From the NCBI GenBank assembly GCA_963735185.1, contig CAVTJV010000007.1, positions 872,651 through 936,650 of the forward strand: a stretch of DNA of 64,000 nt. Direction: 5' to 3'. Shown here piece by piece: positions 17,717 through 27,522 of this stretch. This stretch comes from an uncultured Thermoplasmata archaeon. GTDB taxonomy: Archaea; Thermoplasmatota; Thermoplasmata; Lutacidiplasmatales; UBA184. A model generated the notes under the pieces. It saw only the letters and a list, made by a program, of their open reading frames with translations, was not told where the DNA came from and did no database searches. The first letter of the stretch is position 1, and every line of letters begins with the position of its first letter. Position numbers and translations under genes: made by a program.

Positions 17717-18280
17717 ATGGGGGCCGCGCTCTCGAACGCCGCGAAGGCGCTCCAACGGGGCGGGCTCGTCGTCTACCCGACGGACACCCTCCTCGGTCTC
17801 GGCGCGCTCGCGAGCGACCGCGCCGCCGTGCGGAAGCTGATTGCGGCGAAGGGTCGCTCCCCCTCACAACCCATCTCGGTCTGCGTGAGCTCGACCGAGG
17901 AGGTCGAGCGCTACGCCCTCGTCTCGTCGATGGCCCGTCGGTTCCTGCGGCGCCGTCTCCCCGGACCCTACACGGTCGTTCTGCTCCCGTCCCCCGAGGC
18001 GTACCGTCGGTTCGCGCCGAGCGTGGGCGGGGGCTCGACGATCGGGTTTAGGGTGCCGGACCATCCGGTGGCGCGCGAGCTCGCGCGCGCGGCCGGGCCC
18101 GTGACCGCCACCTCTGCGAACCGGCACGGTGAGCCGCCCGCCCGGACGGTCGCCGAGGCCCGTCGTGCGTTCGGCGGGGCCGTGAGCGTTTACCTACCGG
18201 CGGTCCCTACCGGTTCGGGAGAGCCATCGACCGTGGTCGACCTGATCGGACCCGAACCGCGCGTGGTCGTGAGGAGCTGA
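17717..18280 (+). CDS. tsaC: L-threonylcarbamoyladenylate synthase (YrdC/Sua5 domain)
   Basis: VVYPTDTLLGLGA and ATSANRHGEPP motifs of the YrdC family. Start at the first ATG after the ndk stop. Confidence 0.8.
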   Translation: MGAALSNAAKALQRGGLVVYPTDTLLGLGALASDRAAVRKLIAAKGRSPSQPISVCVSSTEEVERYALVSSMARRFLRRRLPGPYTVVLLPSPEAYRRFAPSVGGGSTIGFRVPDHPVARELARAAGPVTATSANRHGEPPARTVAEARRAFGGAVSVYLPAVPTGSGEPSTVVDLIGPEPRVVVRS

Positions 18281-18289
18281 GGGAACGGC

Positions 18290-19168
18290 ATGGCACGATA
18301 CCCTGCGGACCTGGACCGGTGGCGCGAGGCCGCCCGGATCGCGGCGAAGGCCCGGGAGCTCGGGCTCCGTCTCGCCGTCCCGGGCGCCCGGCTCGTGGAC
18401 GTGGCGGAGGCGGTCGAGGCGTTCATCCGTTCGGAAGGCGCGGCGCCGGCGTTCCCCGCGAACCTTTCGCGCAACGACGAAGCGGCCCACTTCACACCGG
18501 GTCCCGAGGACACGGTCACGCTCGTGGAGGGCGACCTCCTCAAGGTCGACGTCGGGGCCCACCTGGACGGGGCGATCGCCGACACGGCCGATTCGGTCGA
18601 GGTCGGCGGGACGCACCGGTACGACCACCTGATCCGTGCCGCCCGCGAAGGCCGCGCGGCGGGGATCGCGCGCGTGCGGGCCGGGGCCCGGGTGGACGAC
18701 GTCTCCCGCGCGATCGCCGAGGCGATCCGTGCACGGGGCCTGAAGCCGATCGTCGACCTGACCGGGCACTCGATCGAACGGTACCTCCTGCATGCCGGCA
18801 AGTCGATCCCGAACGTGCCCGGGATGAGCGCCGACCTCCTCGAGGAGGGCGAGGTGATCGCGATCGAGCCGTTCGCCACCAACGGGATGGGGTCGATCGG
18901 GAACGGCCCGTTCGGCAACATCGTACGGTTCCGCCGCGACCCGGGGACGGCCGACCCGGCGGTCGCCGCCCTCTTCGGGCGGTTCCGGACCCTTCCGTTC
19001 GCCACGCGGTGGGTCGTCTCCCCCGAAGAGCAGAACGCGTTCGCCCGGGTGCGGCGCCAGCTCCAGTCGTACCCGGTGTTCGTCGAGCGCGGGCACGGCA
19101 TGGTGGCCCAGGCCGAGCACACGGTCCTCGTGGTACCGGCCGGTGCCGAGGTCCTCTCGGCCCCCTGA
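18290..19168 (+). CDS. map: methionine aminopeptidase, type II (archaeal)
   Basis: Pita-bread fold with metal ligands and the type-II insertion, 292 aa. Confidence 0.9.
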   Translation: MARYPADLDRWREAARIAAKARELGLRLAVPGARLVDVAEAVEAFIRSEGAAPAFPANLSRNDEAAHFTPGPEDTVTLVEGDLLKVDVGAHLDGAIADTADSVEVGGTHRYDHLIRAAREGRAAGIARVRAGARVDDVSRAIAEAIRARGLKPIVDLTGHSIERYLLHAGKSIPNVPGMSADLLEEGEVIAIEPFATNGMGSIGNGPFGNIVRFRRDPGTADPAVAALFGRFRTLPFATRWVVSPEEQNAFARVRRQLQSYPVFVERGHGMVAQAEHTVLVVPAGAEVLSAP

Positions 19169-19227
19169 CCGGCTGAGCGTCGTGGGCTCTCGAACTCGGC
19201 GCGCGCCAGCGCCGCCCCGTTCACGAC

Positions 19228-20316
19228 CGATTCGAGCTTCGCGCGGGCGACCGAGAGGCTGCGCGTACGGAGCCCGCAGTCGGGGTTCACCCAGACCCGG
19301 TGCGGGTCGCCGAGGTACTTCGCGGCCCGGCCGACCCGCTCGGCCACGACCTCGGGCGGCTCGACCGCGTCGCGATGAACGTCGACGGCGCCGAGGCCGA
19401 CGTCCCGCCGGTCGCCGTACTCTGCGAGGAGCTTGAGGACCGCGTAGCCGTCGTGCCCCGGCGCGTCCCGGTTCGCGAACTCCCACGCCCACTGCCGGCA
19501 CCGCTTCGCCTCGAGGAGCGTCGGAAGGAGGTCGGCGTAGTTCGAGTAACAGATGTGCATCGTGAACTCGGCGTCCAGGCCTTCCGTCGCGGCGTTGAAC
19601 CCGTCGACCACGACCGCCGCCTCGTCCGGGTGGGTGCCCGCGGCCGGCTCGTCGATCTGGATGACCCGGCATCCCCGGTCGATGAGCGCGCTCAACGTGG
19701 GCCGGACCGCCCGACGCGCGAGGTCGACCACGAACTCCTGCTGCGCGGCCCGCCGCGCCGCCCGGCCCTTCCAGCCGGGTTGACGGGCGAGGTAGAACTC
19801 GTTGTACGACCAGTCGGCGAGGGTGTACGGGCCCGTGACCGGTAGCTTCGGCTCCGCTCGTGCGTGACCCTTCACGAACTCGAACTCATCCACGTGGTAC
19901 GGCCGGTCCAGGCGGACCTCGTCCGTCACGGCCGCCTTGAGGTAGTACTTGTTGTCGAACGAGCGGACATGGCCTCCGAAACGGAAGCCGCGCATCTGGC
20001 GGATCGGGAACTCGTACATCTCGATGCGACGAGCTTCCCCGTCGTAGACCCGGTCGAGCCCGACCGTCTCGAGGAACCGTAGGCCGAAGAGGGCGCCCAG
20101 GTCCCGGACCGCGTCGGGGCTCGTGTCCCTCGGCCGACCGTCCAGGAGCGCGTCGCGGACCTCGGGCGCTTCGGCCGCGAACCCGATGCGCGCGTCCCAG
20201 CTCCTCAGCTCCTCCTTCGCGCTCTCGTCGAGCGGCTCCGACCGCTGGCCGAGGAGTTGCCACCGCGGCTTCGCGAGGCTCCCGATCTCCTGCGTCGGGA
20301 AGAGCCCTCGCGTCAC
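19228..20316 (-). CDS. metE: methionine synthase II-like protein (cobalamin-independent MetE C-terminal/catalytic domain homolog); no in-frame stop at the expected end
   Basis: Homology runs from the GTG at 20316 (GTGA overlap with the upstream gene) to ...NPDCGLRTRSLSVARAKLESVVNGAALARAEFES. The frame then stays open for about 1 kb antisense to map. Confidence 0.7.
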
Positions 20317-21293
20317 GCGGACCCCTCCGAAAGCGCCCGGCGGACCGCCGGAAGGACGTGGAGCTTCCGGGTCGCCGGCTCCCACGGAAGCAGGTCAAGC
20401 GGAGCGCCCGGGCCGAGCCACACGGCGCTCGGGTGGCGGCGCGCGTACGCGGCACGCACGACGCGAGCGACCTCCGCGGGGTCCTCTTCGAGGGTGGTGC
20501 GCGGGTCGACGACCCCGAGCCCCAACCCGGTGCGCGACGGCCCGTCGGGGAGTTGGTCGACCTCTGCCTCGGCGAGGTCGACCCCGACCACCGACACGGG
20601 GAGCCGGTCGAGGAGGGGGAACGCGGAGCGCGCGTCCGCGCCGTACGTCCATACGATGGATGTGCCCCCTCCGAGCGCGGCCTCGACCGCGCGGTAGCCG
20701 GCGACCACCGCCTCCGCGCGCGGGCCCTCGGGCGGGCGGACGACGAGCTGGGGCTCGGAAAAGAGGAACGTCGCGAACCCCCGTTCCCGAAGCTCCTTCA
20801 CCTCGTCGCCGAGGAGCCGGCCGAGCCGGTGGATGAGCGCGCTCTCGGTCTCGCCCGAACGGTTGTCGAGCATCACCGAGAAGGTGTAAGGTCCCGGGAG
20901 CAGGACACGCGCGTCCGCGGGGGAGCGTTGGAGGGGGGGTGGGAGCCGCGCCGCGAAGGCGCCCGGGGTCCGGCCGGGCGGAGCGAGCAGGATCGGCTGA
21001 CGGTAGAAGGTGTTCGTCTCGAGCCAGCGGGTGAGCGGGCCGACGCTGAACCCTTCCCACGTTTCGGCGAACGGTCGGAAGAGGTCCGGCCAGCGGAGGT
21101 ACCCCGCGGTCCGCTCGTCGAACCCGAGGCGATGTTCGAGCGCGACGACCTCCGCTTCCGTCGTCACGAACCGTTCTTCGACGACGTCCGCGGTCACCCG
21201 ACCCCGGTCGAGGTCCCGGGTCGCGGTCACCAGCGCCTCGGAGCGGGGGAACGGTCCCGTGAGCCCGGTGCGGACGATCATCGGGCTCGTCAC
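20313..21293 (-). CDS. MetE N-terminal-domain-like protein (UroD/MetE fold), partner of the MetE-like catalytic subunit
   Basis: Lies immediately upstream of the MetE-like gene (GTGA overlap) and aligns to the non-catalytic N-terminal barrel of MetE. Confidence 0.65.
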   Translation of the reverse strand: MTSPMIVRTGLTGPFPRSEALVTATRDLDRGRVTADVVEERFVTTEAEVVALEHRLGFDERTAGYLRWPDLFRPFAETWEGFSVGPLTRWLETNTFYRQPILLAPPGRTPGAFAARLPPPLQRSPADARVLLPGPYTFSVMLDNRSGETESALIHRLGRLLGDEVKELRERGFATFLFSEPQLVVRPPEGPRAEAVVAGYRAVEAALGGGTSIVWTYGADARSAFPLLDRLPVSVVGVDLAEAEVDQLPDGPSRTGLGLGVVDPRTTLEEDPAEVARVVRAAYARRHPSAVWLGPGAPLDLLPWEPATRKLHVLPAVRRALSEGSA

Positions 21294-21473
21294 CCGGATG
21301 CGGGCTTAAGGCTGGCGAATTTCCGGGGAGGTGCAGACGGAGAAACGCGATTGCGCGAGGGACAATTCCCCGCGTCCTACTCGTCGAGGTTCGTCCGCAC
21401 GATGTGGTCGAAGTCGGCCGACCGCCCGGGACCGGGGCGCTGACCTTAAACTGCCCCGAGCTCCTCGCTCGCC

Positions 21474-22433
21474 ATGGCGAAGACCCCGAGCCCTGCCTCG
21501 TCCCCTGCCCCCAAGTTCCTCCGTCGAGGGAAGGTGAAGGAGGTCTACGAGATCTCTCCAACCGAGCTCGAGTTCCGGTTCACGAACGACATCTCGGTCT
21601 TCGACAAGCACATCCCGAGCGAGATCCCGCACAAGGGAGAGACCCTCGCGCGTACCGCCGCGTTCTGGTTCGAGCTCTGCTCCCGTATCGGCGTCCCGCA
21701 CCACTACCTGAGCCTCGCCGGACCGACCGCGATGCGCGTGAAGCGCGTCCAGGTCGTCCCGAACCCGGCGACCCTCGGCCCCCACCCGAAGAACTACCTC
21801 GTGCCGCTCGAGGTCATCATGCGCTACTACCTCGCCGGGTCGATGTGGGACCGGGTGAAGGCGGGCAAGGTCTCGGCCGAGGAGCTTGGGTTCCCCAAAG
21901 GGAAGACGCTCACGTACGCGATGCCGCTTCCCGAGCCGCACTTCGAGGTGACGACGAAGCTCGAGCCGGTCGACCGCCTCCTCACCGTCCCGGAGGCGCT
22001 CTCGCTCTCGACGCTCTCCGCGAAGGAGCTCGACACGATCCGCGAGACGGTCCTCAAGGTCGACGCCGCGATGCAGAAGGAGATCGGTCCGCGGGGCCTC
22101 ATCCACGTCGACGGGAAGAAGGAGTTCGCGGTCGATACGAACGGCGTCCTCATGCTCGTCGACACGTTCGGTACGGCCGACGAGGACCGGTTCTGGGACC
22201 AGGCCGCCTACGAGCGCGGCCGGCAGGTCGATTTCTCGAAGGAGTTCGTCCGCCAGCACTACCGCCAGACCGGCTACTACGACGCGCTCCTCAAAGCCCG
22301 CGCCGCGGGCGCGCCCGAGCCTCCGATACCGGCGCTCCCGCCGCTCCTCGTGGACGAGGTGAGCCGTCTCTACACGACCGTCTACCAGCGCCTCACGGGG
22401 GAGCCGTTCGCCCCGCTCTCCCGGTCCGGATAG
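21474..22433 (+). CDS. purC: phosphoribosylaminoimidazole-succinocarboxamide synthase (SAICAR synthetase)
   Basis: RGKVKEVYE...FTNDISVFD motifs, 319 aa. Confidence 0.9.
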   Translation: MAKTPSPASSPAPKFLRRGKVKEVYEISPTELEFRFTNDISVFDKHIPSEIPHKGETLARTAAFWFELCSRIGVPHHYLSLAGPTAMRVKRVQVVPNPATLGPHPKNYLVPLEVIMRYYLAGSMWDRVKAGKVSAEELGFPKGKTLTYAMPLPEPHFEVTTKLEPVDRLLTVPEALSLSTLSAKELDTIRETVLKVDAAMQKEIGPRGLIHVDGKKEFAVDTNGVLMLVDTFGTADEDRFWDQAAYERGRQVDFSKEFVRQHYRQTGYYDALLKARAAGAPEPPIPALPPLLVDEVSRLYTTVYQRLTGEPFAPLSRSG

Positions 22434-22504
22434 GATCGGTCCAGCGTTCACCGTTTCGCGACCCCTCCCGTACCCTTATCTCCCCGCGCCCCGGTCGGTC
22501 GAAC

Positions 22505-23503
22505 GTGCCTACGAAACCGAGCTCGAAGACCGCCGGCGCGGAGGAGACCCCACCGGCCCCGAAGCCCGCGGTCGCCCTCGAGGACCTGCCCGGGATCGGC
22601 GGGATCACCGCCGAGAAGCTGCGCGAGAGCGGCTACACCGACCTGATGGAACTCGCCGTCGCCTCGCCGGGCGACGTCGCGGAGGCCGCAGAGATCGGCG
22701 TGGCGATCGCCCAGCGGATCATCGGCGAGGCCCGCCGGAAGGCGGACGTCGGAGGGTTCGAGAGCGGCACGACGCTGCTCGAGCGACGCAAGAAGCTCGG
22801 GCGGATCACGACCAACTCGAAGGCGCTCGACGAGCTCCTCGGCGGCGGGGTCGAGACGCAGGCGATCACCGAATTCTCCGGGGAGTTCGGGACCGGGAAG
22901 ACCCAGATCGGCCACCAGGTCGCGGTGGACGTCCAGCTTCCGCCCGCCCAAGGGGGCCTCTCGGGCGAGGTCGTCTACATCGACACCGAGAGCACGTTCC
23001 GTCCGGAGCGCATCGTCGACATGGCGAAGGGCGTCGGCCTCGACCCGGAGGAGGCGCTCGGTCACATCCATGTCGCGCGCGCGTTCAATTCGAACCACCA
23101 GATGCTCCTCGTCCAGAAGGCGCAGGAGCTCGCCCGCGAGAAGCCGATCCGGCTCCTCGTGGTCGACTCGCTGACCGCGCACTTCCGCTCGGAGTACCTC
23201 GGTCGGGCCGAGCTCGCGCCCCGGCAGCAGCACCTGAACCGTCACCTCCACGAGCTCCTCCGCTTCTCGGATACCTACAACGCGGCGATCGTCGTCACGA
23301 ACCAGGTGTCGGCCCGACCGGATATCCTCTTCGGCGACCCGACCCGGCCGATCGGAGGGAACATCGTCGCCCACGCGGCGACGTACCGCGTCTACTTACG
23401 GAAGTCGAAGCCCCCGAAGCGTATCGCGCGGCTGATCGACTCGCCGAACCTCCCCGAGGGCGAGGCGGTCTTCTCGCTCACGACCGAAGGGATCCGGGAC
23501 TAG
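22505..23503 (+). CDS. radA: DNA repair and recombination protein RadA
   Basis: N-terminal HhH ([15 protein letters not shown]), Walker [10 protein letters not shown], Walker B LLVVDSL. GTG start after the purC stop. Confidence 0.9.
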   Translation: MPTKPSSKTAGAEETPPAPKPAVALEDLPGIGGITAEKLRESGYTDLMELAVASPGDVAEAAEIGVAIAQRIIGEARRKADVGGFESGTTLLERRKKLGRITTNSKALDELLGGGVETQAITEFSGEFGTGKTQIGHQVAVDVQLPPAQGGLSGEVVYIDTESTFRPERIVDMAKGVGLDPEEALGHIHVARAFNSNHQMLLVQKAQELAREKPIRLLVVDSLTAHFRSEYLGRAELAPRQQHLNRHLHELLRFSDTYNAAIVVTNQVSARPDILFGDPTRPIGGNIVAHAATYRVYLRKSKPPKRIARLIDSPNLPEGEAVFSLTTEGIRD

Positions 23504-23551
23504 CGCGCCCGCTCGCTCGCTTGCGGAGCGCCGGCCGGTCGCTCGCTTCCC

Positions 23552-23941
23552 TTAGAGGTCCCGGCGTCGGTCGGCCGGGAAGTAGCACCGGTAGACCCGT
23601 CCGATGAGCGAGCTCGTCGGCACGGGCCCGAAGCGTCGGCTGTCGCGCGCGCTCTCCGCCGCGTCCCCCCGGACCTCGACCGACCCTGCCGAAGGGTCGA
23701 CCTGCGAGACGCGCTTCACGAGCCAGCGGGCCGCGTCCTCGGGGTCGACCAAGACCACGACCTCCCCGACCCGAGGCGGCCGGTCCCGGTAGGCGCGGCA
23801 GTCGACCAGCAGACGGTCGCCCGGCCGCAGCGTCGGGAGCATGCTCTCGTCCCGCACCACCACCCTTCGGCTCCACCAGCGACGCAGCCGGGAGGGCGGA
23901 GGTTCGGAGAGGGCCGCACTACCCTCCGGAGGCTCCGGCAT
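23552..23941 (-). CDS. sodX: S26-family signal-peptidase-like protease (NiSOD maturation peptidase SodX-like)
   Basis: Catalytic Ser block ESMLPTLRPGDRLLV, Lys block KRVSQ, GD...S.DSR..G.V box. Divergently adjacent to sodN. Confidence 0.7.
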   Translation of the reverse strand: MPEPPEGSAALSEPPPSRLRRWWSRRVVVRDESMLPTLRPGDRLLVDCRAYRDRPPRVGEVVVLVDPEDAARWLVKRVSQVDPSAGSVEVRGDAAESARDSRRFGPVPTSSLIGRVYRCYFPADRRRDL

Positions 23942-23970
23942 CCTTATCCACCTCCGGGATTGGCGGGGAC

Positions 23971-24504
23971 ATGCCCACGAGAAGCCCTTCGCTCGGACTA
24001 GTGGAACGCCTGTTGGACGCCGTGAACCCCCCCCGCGCGGTCTACGCGCACTGCGACATCCCTTGCGGTATTTACGACCCGCACGAGGCCCAGATCGCGG
24101 CGCTCACCGTGCTCCGGATGGACCAACTGATCGGAGAGCTCGCCCCGCCCGCGATGGACGCGAAGCCCGAGGAGCGGACCGTCTTCATCTCGAAGATGGC
24201 GCGCTACACCGCGGTCAAGGAGCAGCACGCCGAGAAGCTGAAGCACGAAGTCCGCGTCATCTGGGGCGATTACTTCACCCCCGACCACGCGAAGCAGTTC
24301 CCGCAGACCCACGAACTTGTCTGGAAGATCCTGAAGCAGGCCTCCAAGGCGCGGCAGGGGACGAACGTCGCCGACGCCCAAGAGCTGCTCAAACTCGTCC
24401 AGGAGTTCGCGGAGGTCTTCTGGCAGACGAAGGGCGCGAAGACGAAGCGGCAGCCCTCGATGCAGAAATCCGGCGGCGAGCTCGTCGTCCCAATCACCGC
24501 ATAG
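23971..24504 (+). CDS. sodN: nickel-containing superoxide dismutase precursor
   Basis: Ni-hook HCDIPCGIYDP immediately after a short pro-peptide (...AVYA|HCD). Confidence 0.85.
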   Translation: MPTRSPSLGLVERLLDAVNPPRAVYAHCDIPCGIYDPHEAQIAALTVLRMDQLIGELAPPAMDAKPEERTVFISKMARYTAVKEQHAEKLKHEVRVIWGDYFTPDHAKQFPQTHELVWKILKQASKARQGTNVADAQELLKLVQEFAEVFWQTKGAKTKRQPSMQKSGGELVVPITA

Positions 24505-24538
24505 TCCGGTACCGGTCCGTCGGCGTCCGCGCCCCGTT

Positions 24539-25222
24539 CTAGGCCGGAGGGGTCGGCATGAGCGGGGCCCGCGGCTCCACGGCCTTCGGGAAGCGGACGC
24601 TCTGCCCGCAGCTCGGGCAGACGTACTCGCTCAGGGCCCGGTGGCGTAGCGGGGTCCGGCACTTCGGGCACGGGATCGGCCTCGCGCTGACGTAGGCGGC
24701 GAACATCTCCTGCGAGCGGCGGTCATCGAGGCCCGCCGGCGCGGCGTTCCCGGCAGTGGGGAGCGGGGGCTGGGCTACCGCGGGGGTCGGGTCCGGGGTC
24801 GTCCGCCCCTCCCGGTTCGAGGAGAGCCGTCCGCACTGCGGGCAGACCGCGAGGCTCTCGGTGCCCGTCGACTGCAGCGCGACGTGGCAGTGGGGACAGA
24901 GCGTCTTGAGACCGACCGGCGTGAAGACGGGGGAAGGGGCACGGGGCGCGCGCGGGGGCTCGGGTAGCGGAGGCGCGCTCGGGGTGGGGTCGGCAGCCGG
25001 TGGGGTCGGCATCGTCGTCGCCCAGCGCACCACCCGACGGCTCGGCTCGTACACGATCGGACTGTTCGGTCGAGCGAGCTCGTGCGCCAGGAGCTTCTCG
25101 GCTTTCCGCTCCCGTACCGATAGGGCCGCGGCAAGGCCGGGGACGCTCGTGGTCCCGAGGGATTGTACGGTAGTTCGAAGGCGCTCGAGGTCTTGCTGCG
25201 AAGGGCCGAAGAAGGCGACCAT
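24539..25222 (-). CDS. double zinc-ribbon protein (hypothetical)
   Basis: CPHC...CPQC and CPKC...CPSC pairs. Start taken at Met46 of the ORF; the upstream part looks out-of-frame. Confidence 0.5.
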   Translation of the reverse strand: MVAFFGPSQQDLERLRTTVQSLGTTSVPGLAAALSVRERKAEKLLAHELARPNSPIVYEPSRRVVRWATTMPTPPAADPTPSAPPLPEPPRAPRAPSPVFTPVGLKTLCPHCHVALQSTGTESLAVCPQCGRLSSNREGRTTPDPTPAVAQPPLPTAGNAAPAGLDDRRSQEMFAAYVSARPIPCPKCRTPLRHRALSEYVCPSCGQSVRFPKAVEPRAPLMPTPPA

Positions 25223-25513
25223 CGCGCGCCTTCCGCCGTCCCTTACAAAGAAGCTATCGCTCCACAGGCACGGAGAAAAAGGGAGGCACCGGCGGGGCGG
25301 CCCCTGGTCTCTTGGACGGTGCCACCAAGAGACGCTGCCACCGATGCCCGAGGCCAAAGAATGTATAACCGCGAGAGACTATATAGTTATCTGAGGGGGT
25401 GGACGGTGGGCGCTGAGCACCGTTTCCGCCCCGCGCGTGCCGGTGTGGGTGGTTGCGGTTATCTCTTTTAGGGAGTGCCGTTCATGGGCTCCTAGGGCAG
25501 CCTCCCCCCCGGG

Positions 25514-25975
25514 GTGACGAATATTCACGCCTTTCACACGCCATCCGAAAAGGCCGCCGGGGGACCGGTACCTCCGTCCGCCACCACCCCTCCGAACACC
25601 GCTCCCGCGGTCCTAGTGGGGGGGAGCGAGGACACCCGCCTCCTCCTGCGCGGTCTCTTGCGGCTTCACCGCCACCGAGTCCTGCTCGAGGCCCCGACCC
25701 GCGAGGGGATCGACCGCCTGCCCCCCTCGCCCGAGACCAAGATCCTGATCATGGACGCCGGGTCGAGCGACGGGGACCAGTGGGCGAAGGACCTATCGTC
25801 CACCCTGCGCGCTCGCACGGACCTCCACGCTCTCGTCATCCTCCCGCGCGCGGACCCGGCGCTCGAGACCCGCGCCCGGCAAGCGGGCGCGCAAGCGGTC
25901 CTCGTCCGCCCGTTCGGGATCCACGATTTCGTCGAGGCGGTGGACTCCGTCGGGGCGTCCCCCTCGTCGACCTGA
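25514..25975 (+). CDS. response-regulator receiver (CheY-like) domain protein, stand-alone
   Basis: VLVGGSED...ILIMDAG...ALVILP...LVRPF receiver topology, with the conserved K replaced by R. Alternative in-frame GTG start at 25616 gives a 119-aa stand-alone receiver. Confidence 0.55.
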   Translation: MTNIHAFHTPSEKAAGGPVPPSATTPPNTAPAVLVGGSEDTRLLLRGLLRLHRHRVLLEAPTREGIDRLPPSPETKILIMDAGSSDGDQWAKDLSSTLRARTDLHALVILPRADPALETRARQAGAQAVLVRPFGIHDFVEAVDSVGASPSST

Positions 25976-26001
25976 CCCCTCGGGCTCGCGGGGGGTAAGC
26001 C

Positions 26002-27522
26002 GTGTCGCGTCCTCGTCCGACCCCGCGGCCGGAGGCGACCCGGTCGCTCTCTGCGGCCGTCCGGGGCCGCGTCACGACCGACGCGGACGGCCTCGCCCCG
26101 TTCGGGCACGACGCCTCCCACGTGACGGGTCGTCCCCTCGCGGTGGTGGCCCCGGCCGACGCGGACGACGTCGTGGAGCTGGTCCGGTGGGCGCGCCGCA
26201 CCCGCATTCCGCTCGTCCCCCGGGGCGCAGGCACTTCCCTCGATGGGGAATCGGTCCCGCCCGATGGCGGGGTCGTCATCGACCTCTCCGGCTGGTCCCG
26301 TCTGCTCGAGGTCGACCCGGACGGTCTTTGGGCCCGGGTCGAGCCGGGGATCGTGAACCGGGACCTCCAGCGAGCCCTCCTTCCGCACCGGCGGTTCTAT
26401 CCGCCCAACCCGGGGTCGTGGACGGCCTCGACGGTCGGCGGGAATGTCGGGACGAACGCGTCGGGGATGCGGTCGTTTCGCTACGGCCCGACACGCGCCT
26501 GGGTCCGCGAGGTCGAGGCGGTTCTGGGTACGGGGTCCCGGGTCCATCTCGGCTCCCGGGTCCCCAAACGCTCGGTCGGTCCGGACCTCCTCCAACTGTT
26601 CGTCGGAAGCGAGGGCACCCTCGGGGTCGCGACCGAGGTCACCGTCCGATTGGCCCCTCTCCCCGCCGTGCGACACGGCGTGGTCGTCCCGGTCCCGAAG
26701 GCCGCCCCCCTCGGCCCCCTGGTGACCCGGCTCTCCGAGACGCCGGATAGCGGGCTTTCCGCCGTGGAGTACCTCGACCGGGGGTCGGCGGCCGCCCTCG
26801 CCGAACGACGGACGGCCCGTTGGCCGAACGACTCCTCGCTGCTCCTGCTCGAAGTCGAGGCGGGAGGTCCCGAGGAGGCCGAGCGGAGGCTCTCCCGACT
26901 GCGGCGGACGCTCGCGGGGATGGGAGCGGCCGACGGGTTCACGGTCTTCGAGGACGCGGACGAACTCTGGACCCTCCGCGGAGCATGCGGGGACGTCCTC
27001 ATCGAGCGGTACGGCCAGCACGTCCGGGAGGACGTCGCGGTCCCCGTAGCCCAGGTGGACGCCTTGGTCGCCGAGCTCGAGCGGATCGCGCGCCGGGAGA
27101 AGGTCCCGTTCTTCCTGTTCGCCCATCTCGGAGAGGGAAGCCTTCACCCGAACTACGCGGTCGACCCAGCCACGCCGACCGCTCAGCGGGTCCGCGCCGC
27201 CGTTCTGCGCGCCGCGCGTTCTCTCGGGGGCACGATCAGCGCGGAGCACGGGGTCGGGGTCGTGAAGCGGCCGTTCCTCGCCGAGGAGCTCGGCGTGGGC
27301 GCGGTCGAGCTCCTTTGGGCCGTGAAGCGGGCGTGCGACCCCGACGGGATCCTGAACCCCGGGAAGCTCTATCCGACCGCGCCTCGGCCAGCACGACGAC
27401 CTTCTCGGTCACCTTCGGAAGGGGGAGGCGGCCGAGCTCGGCCGCGGTCACCCAGCGTCGTTCGGCCGCGGTCGCGGCTCCGGGCCTCCCCCGATGGCGG
27501 CCGGCGAAGACGTACATCGTGA
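26002..27522 (+). CDS. glcD: FAD-linked oxidase (GlcD / D-lactate dehydrogenase family)
   Basis: FAD-binding PCMH domain (VVAPADADDVVELVRWARRTRIPLVPRGAGTSLDG) and C-terminal ...DPDGILNPGKLYP. The low-complexity tail after NPGK is probably over-extension. Confidence 0.8.
   Translation: MSRPRPTPRPEATRSLSAAVRGRVTTDADGLAPFGHDASHVTGRPLAVVAPADADDVVELVRWARRTRIPLVPRGAGTSLDGESVPPDGGVVIDLSGWSRLLEVDPDGLWARVEPGIVNRDLQRALLPHRRFYPPNPGSWTASTVGGNVGTNASGMRSFRYGPTRAWVREVEAVLGTGSRVHLGSRVPKRSVGPDLLQLFVGSEGTLGVATEVTVRLAPLPAVRHGVVVPVPKAAPLGPLVTRLSETPDSGLSAVEYLDRGSAAALAERRTARWPNDSSLLLLEVEAGGPEEAERRLSRLRRTLAGMGAADGFTVFEDADELWTLRGACGDVLIERYGQHVREDVAVPVAQVDALVAELERIARREKVPFFLFAHLGEGSLHPNYAVDPATPTAQRVRAAVLRAARSLGGTISAEHGVGVVKRPFLAEELGVGAVELLWAVKRACDPDGILNPGKLYPTAPRPARRPSRSPSEGGGGRARPRSPSVVRPRSRLRASPDGGRRRRTS

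Noticed and set aside
18190-19230. Extension of the 731-aa minus ORF (and ORF 18194..19672) across map
   Set aside because: Antisense to methionine aminopeptidase, with no homology beyond the MetE-like domain and junk composition. Kept only as the missing-stop observation.
20358-23374. Multiple long ORFs (20358..21443, 21306..22451, 22448..23374, 21404..22504 N-terminal part) overlapping metE-N, purC and radA
   Set aside because: Alternative-frame or antisense products without motifs. The radA ORF's first 360 aa are out-of-frame junk before the true GTG start at 22505.
25666-27249. 527-aa minus ORF
   Set aside because: Antisense to the receiver-domain and glcD genes; R/G/P-rich.
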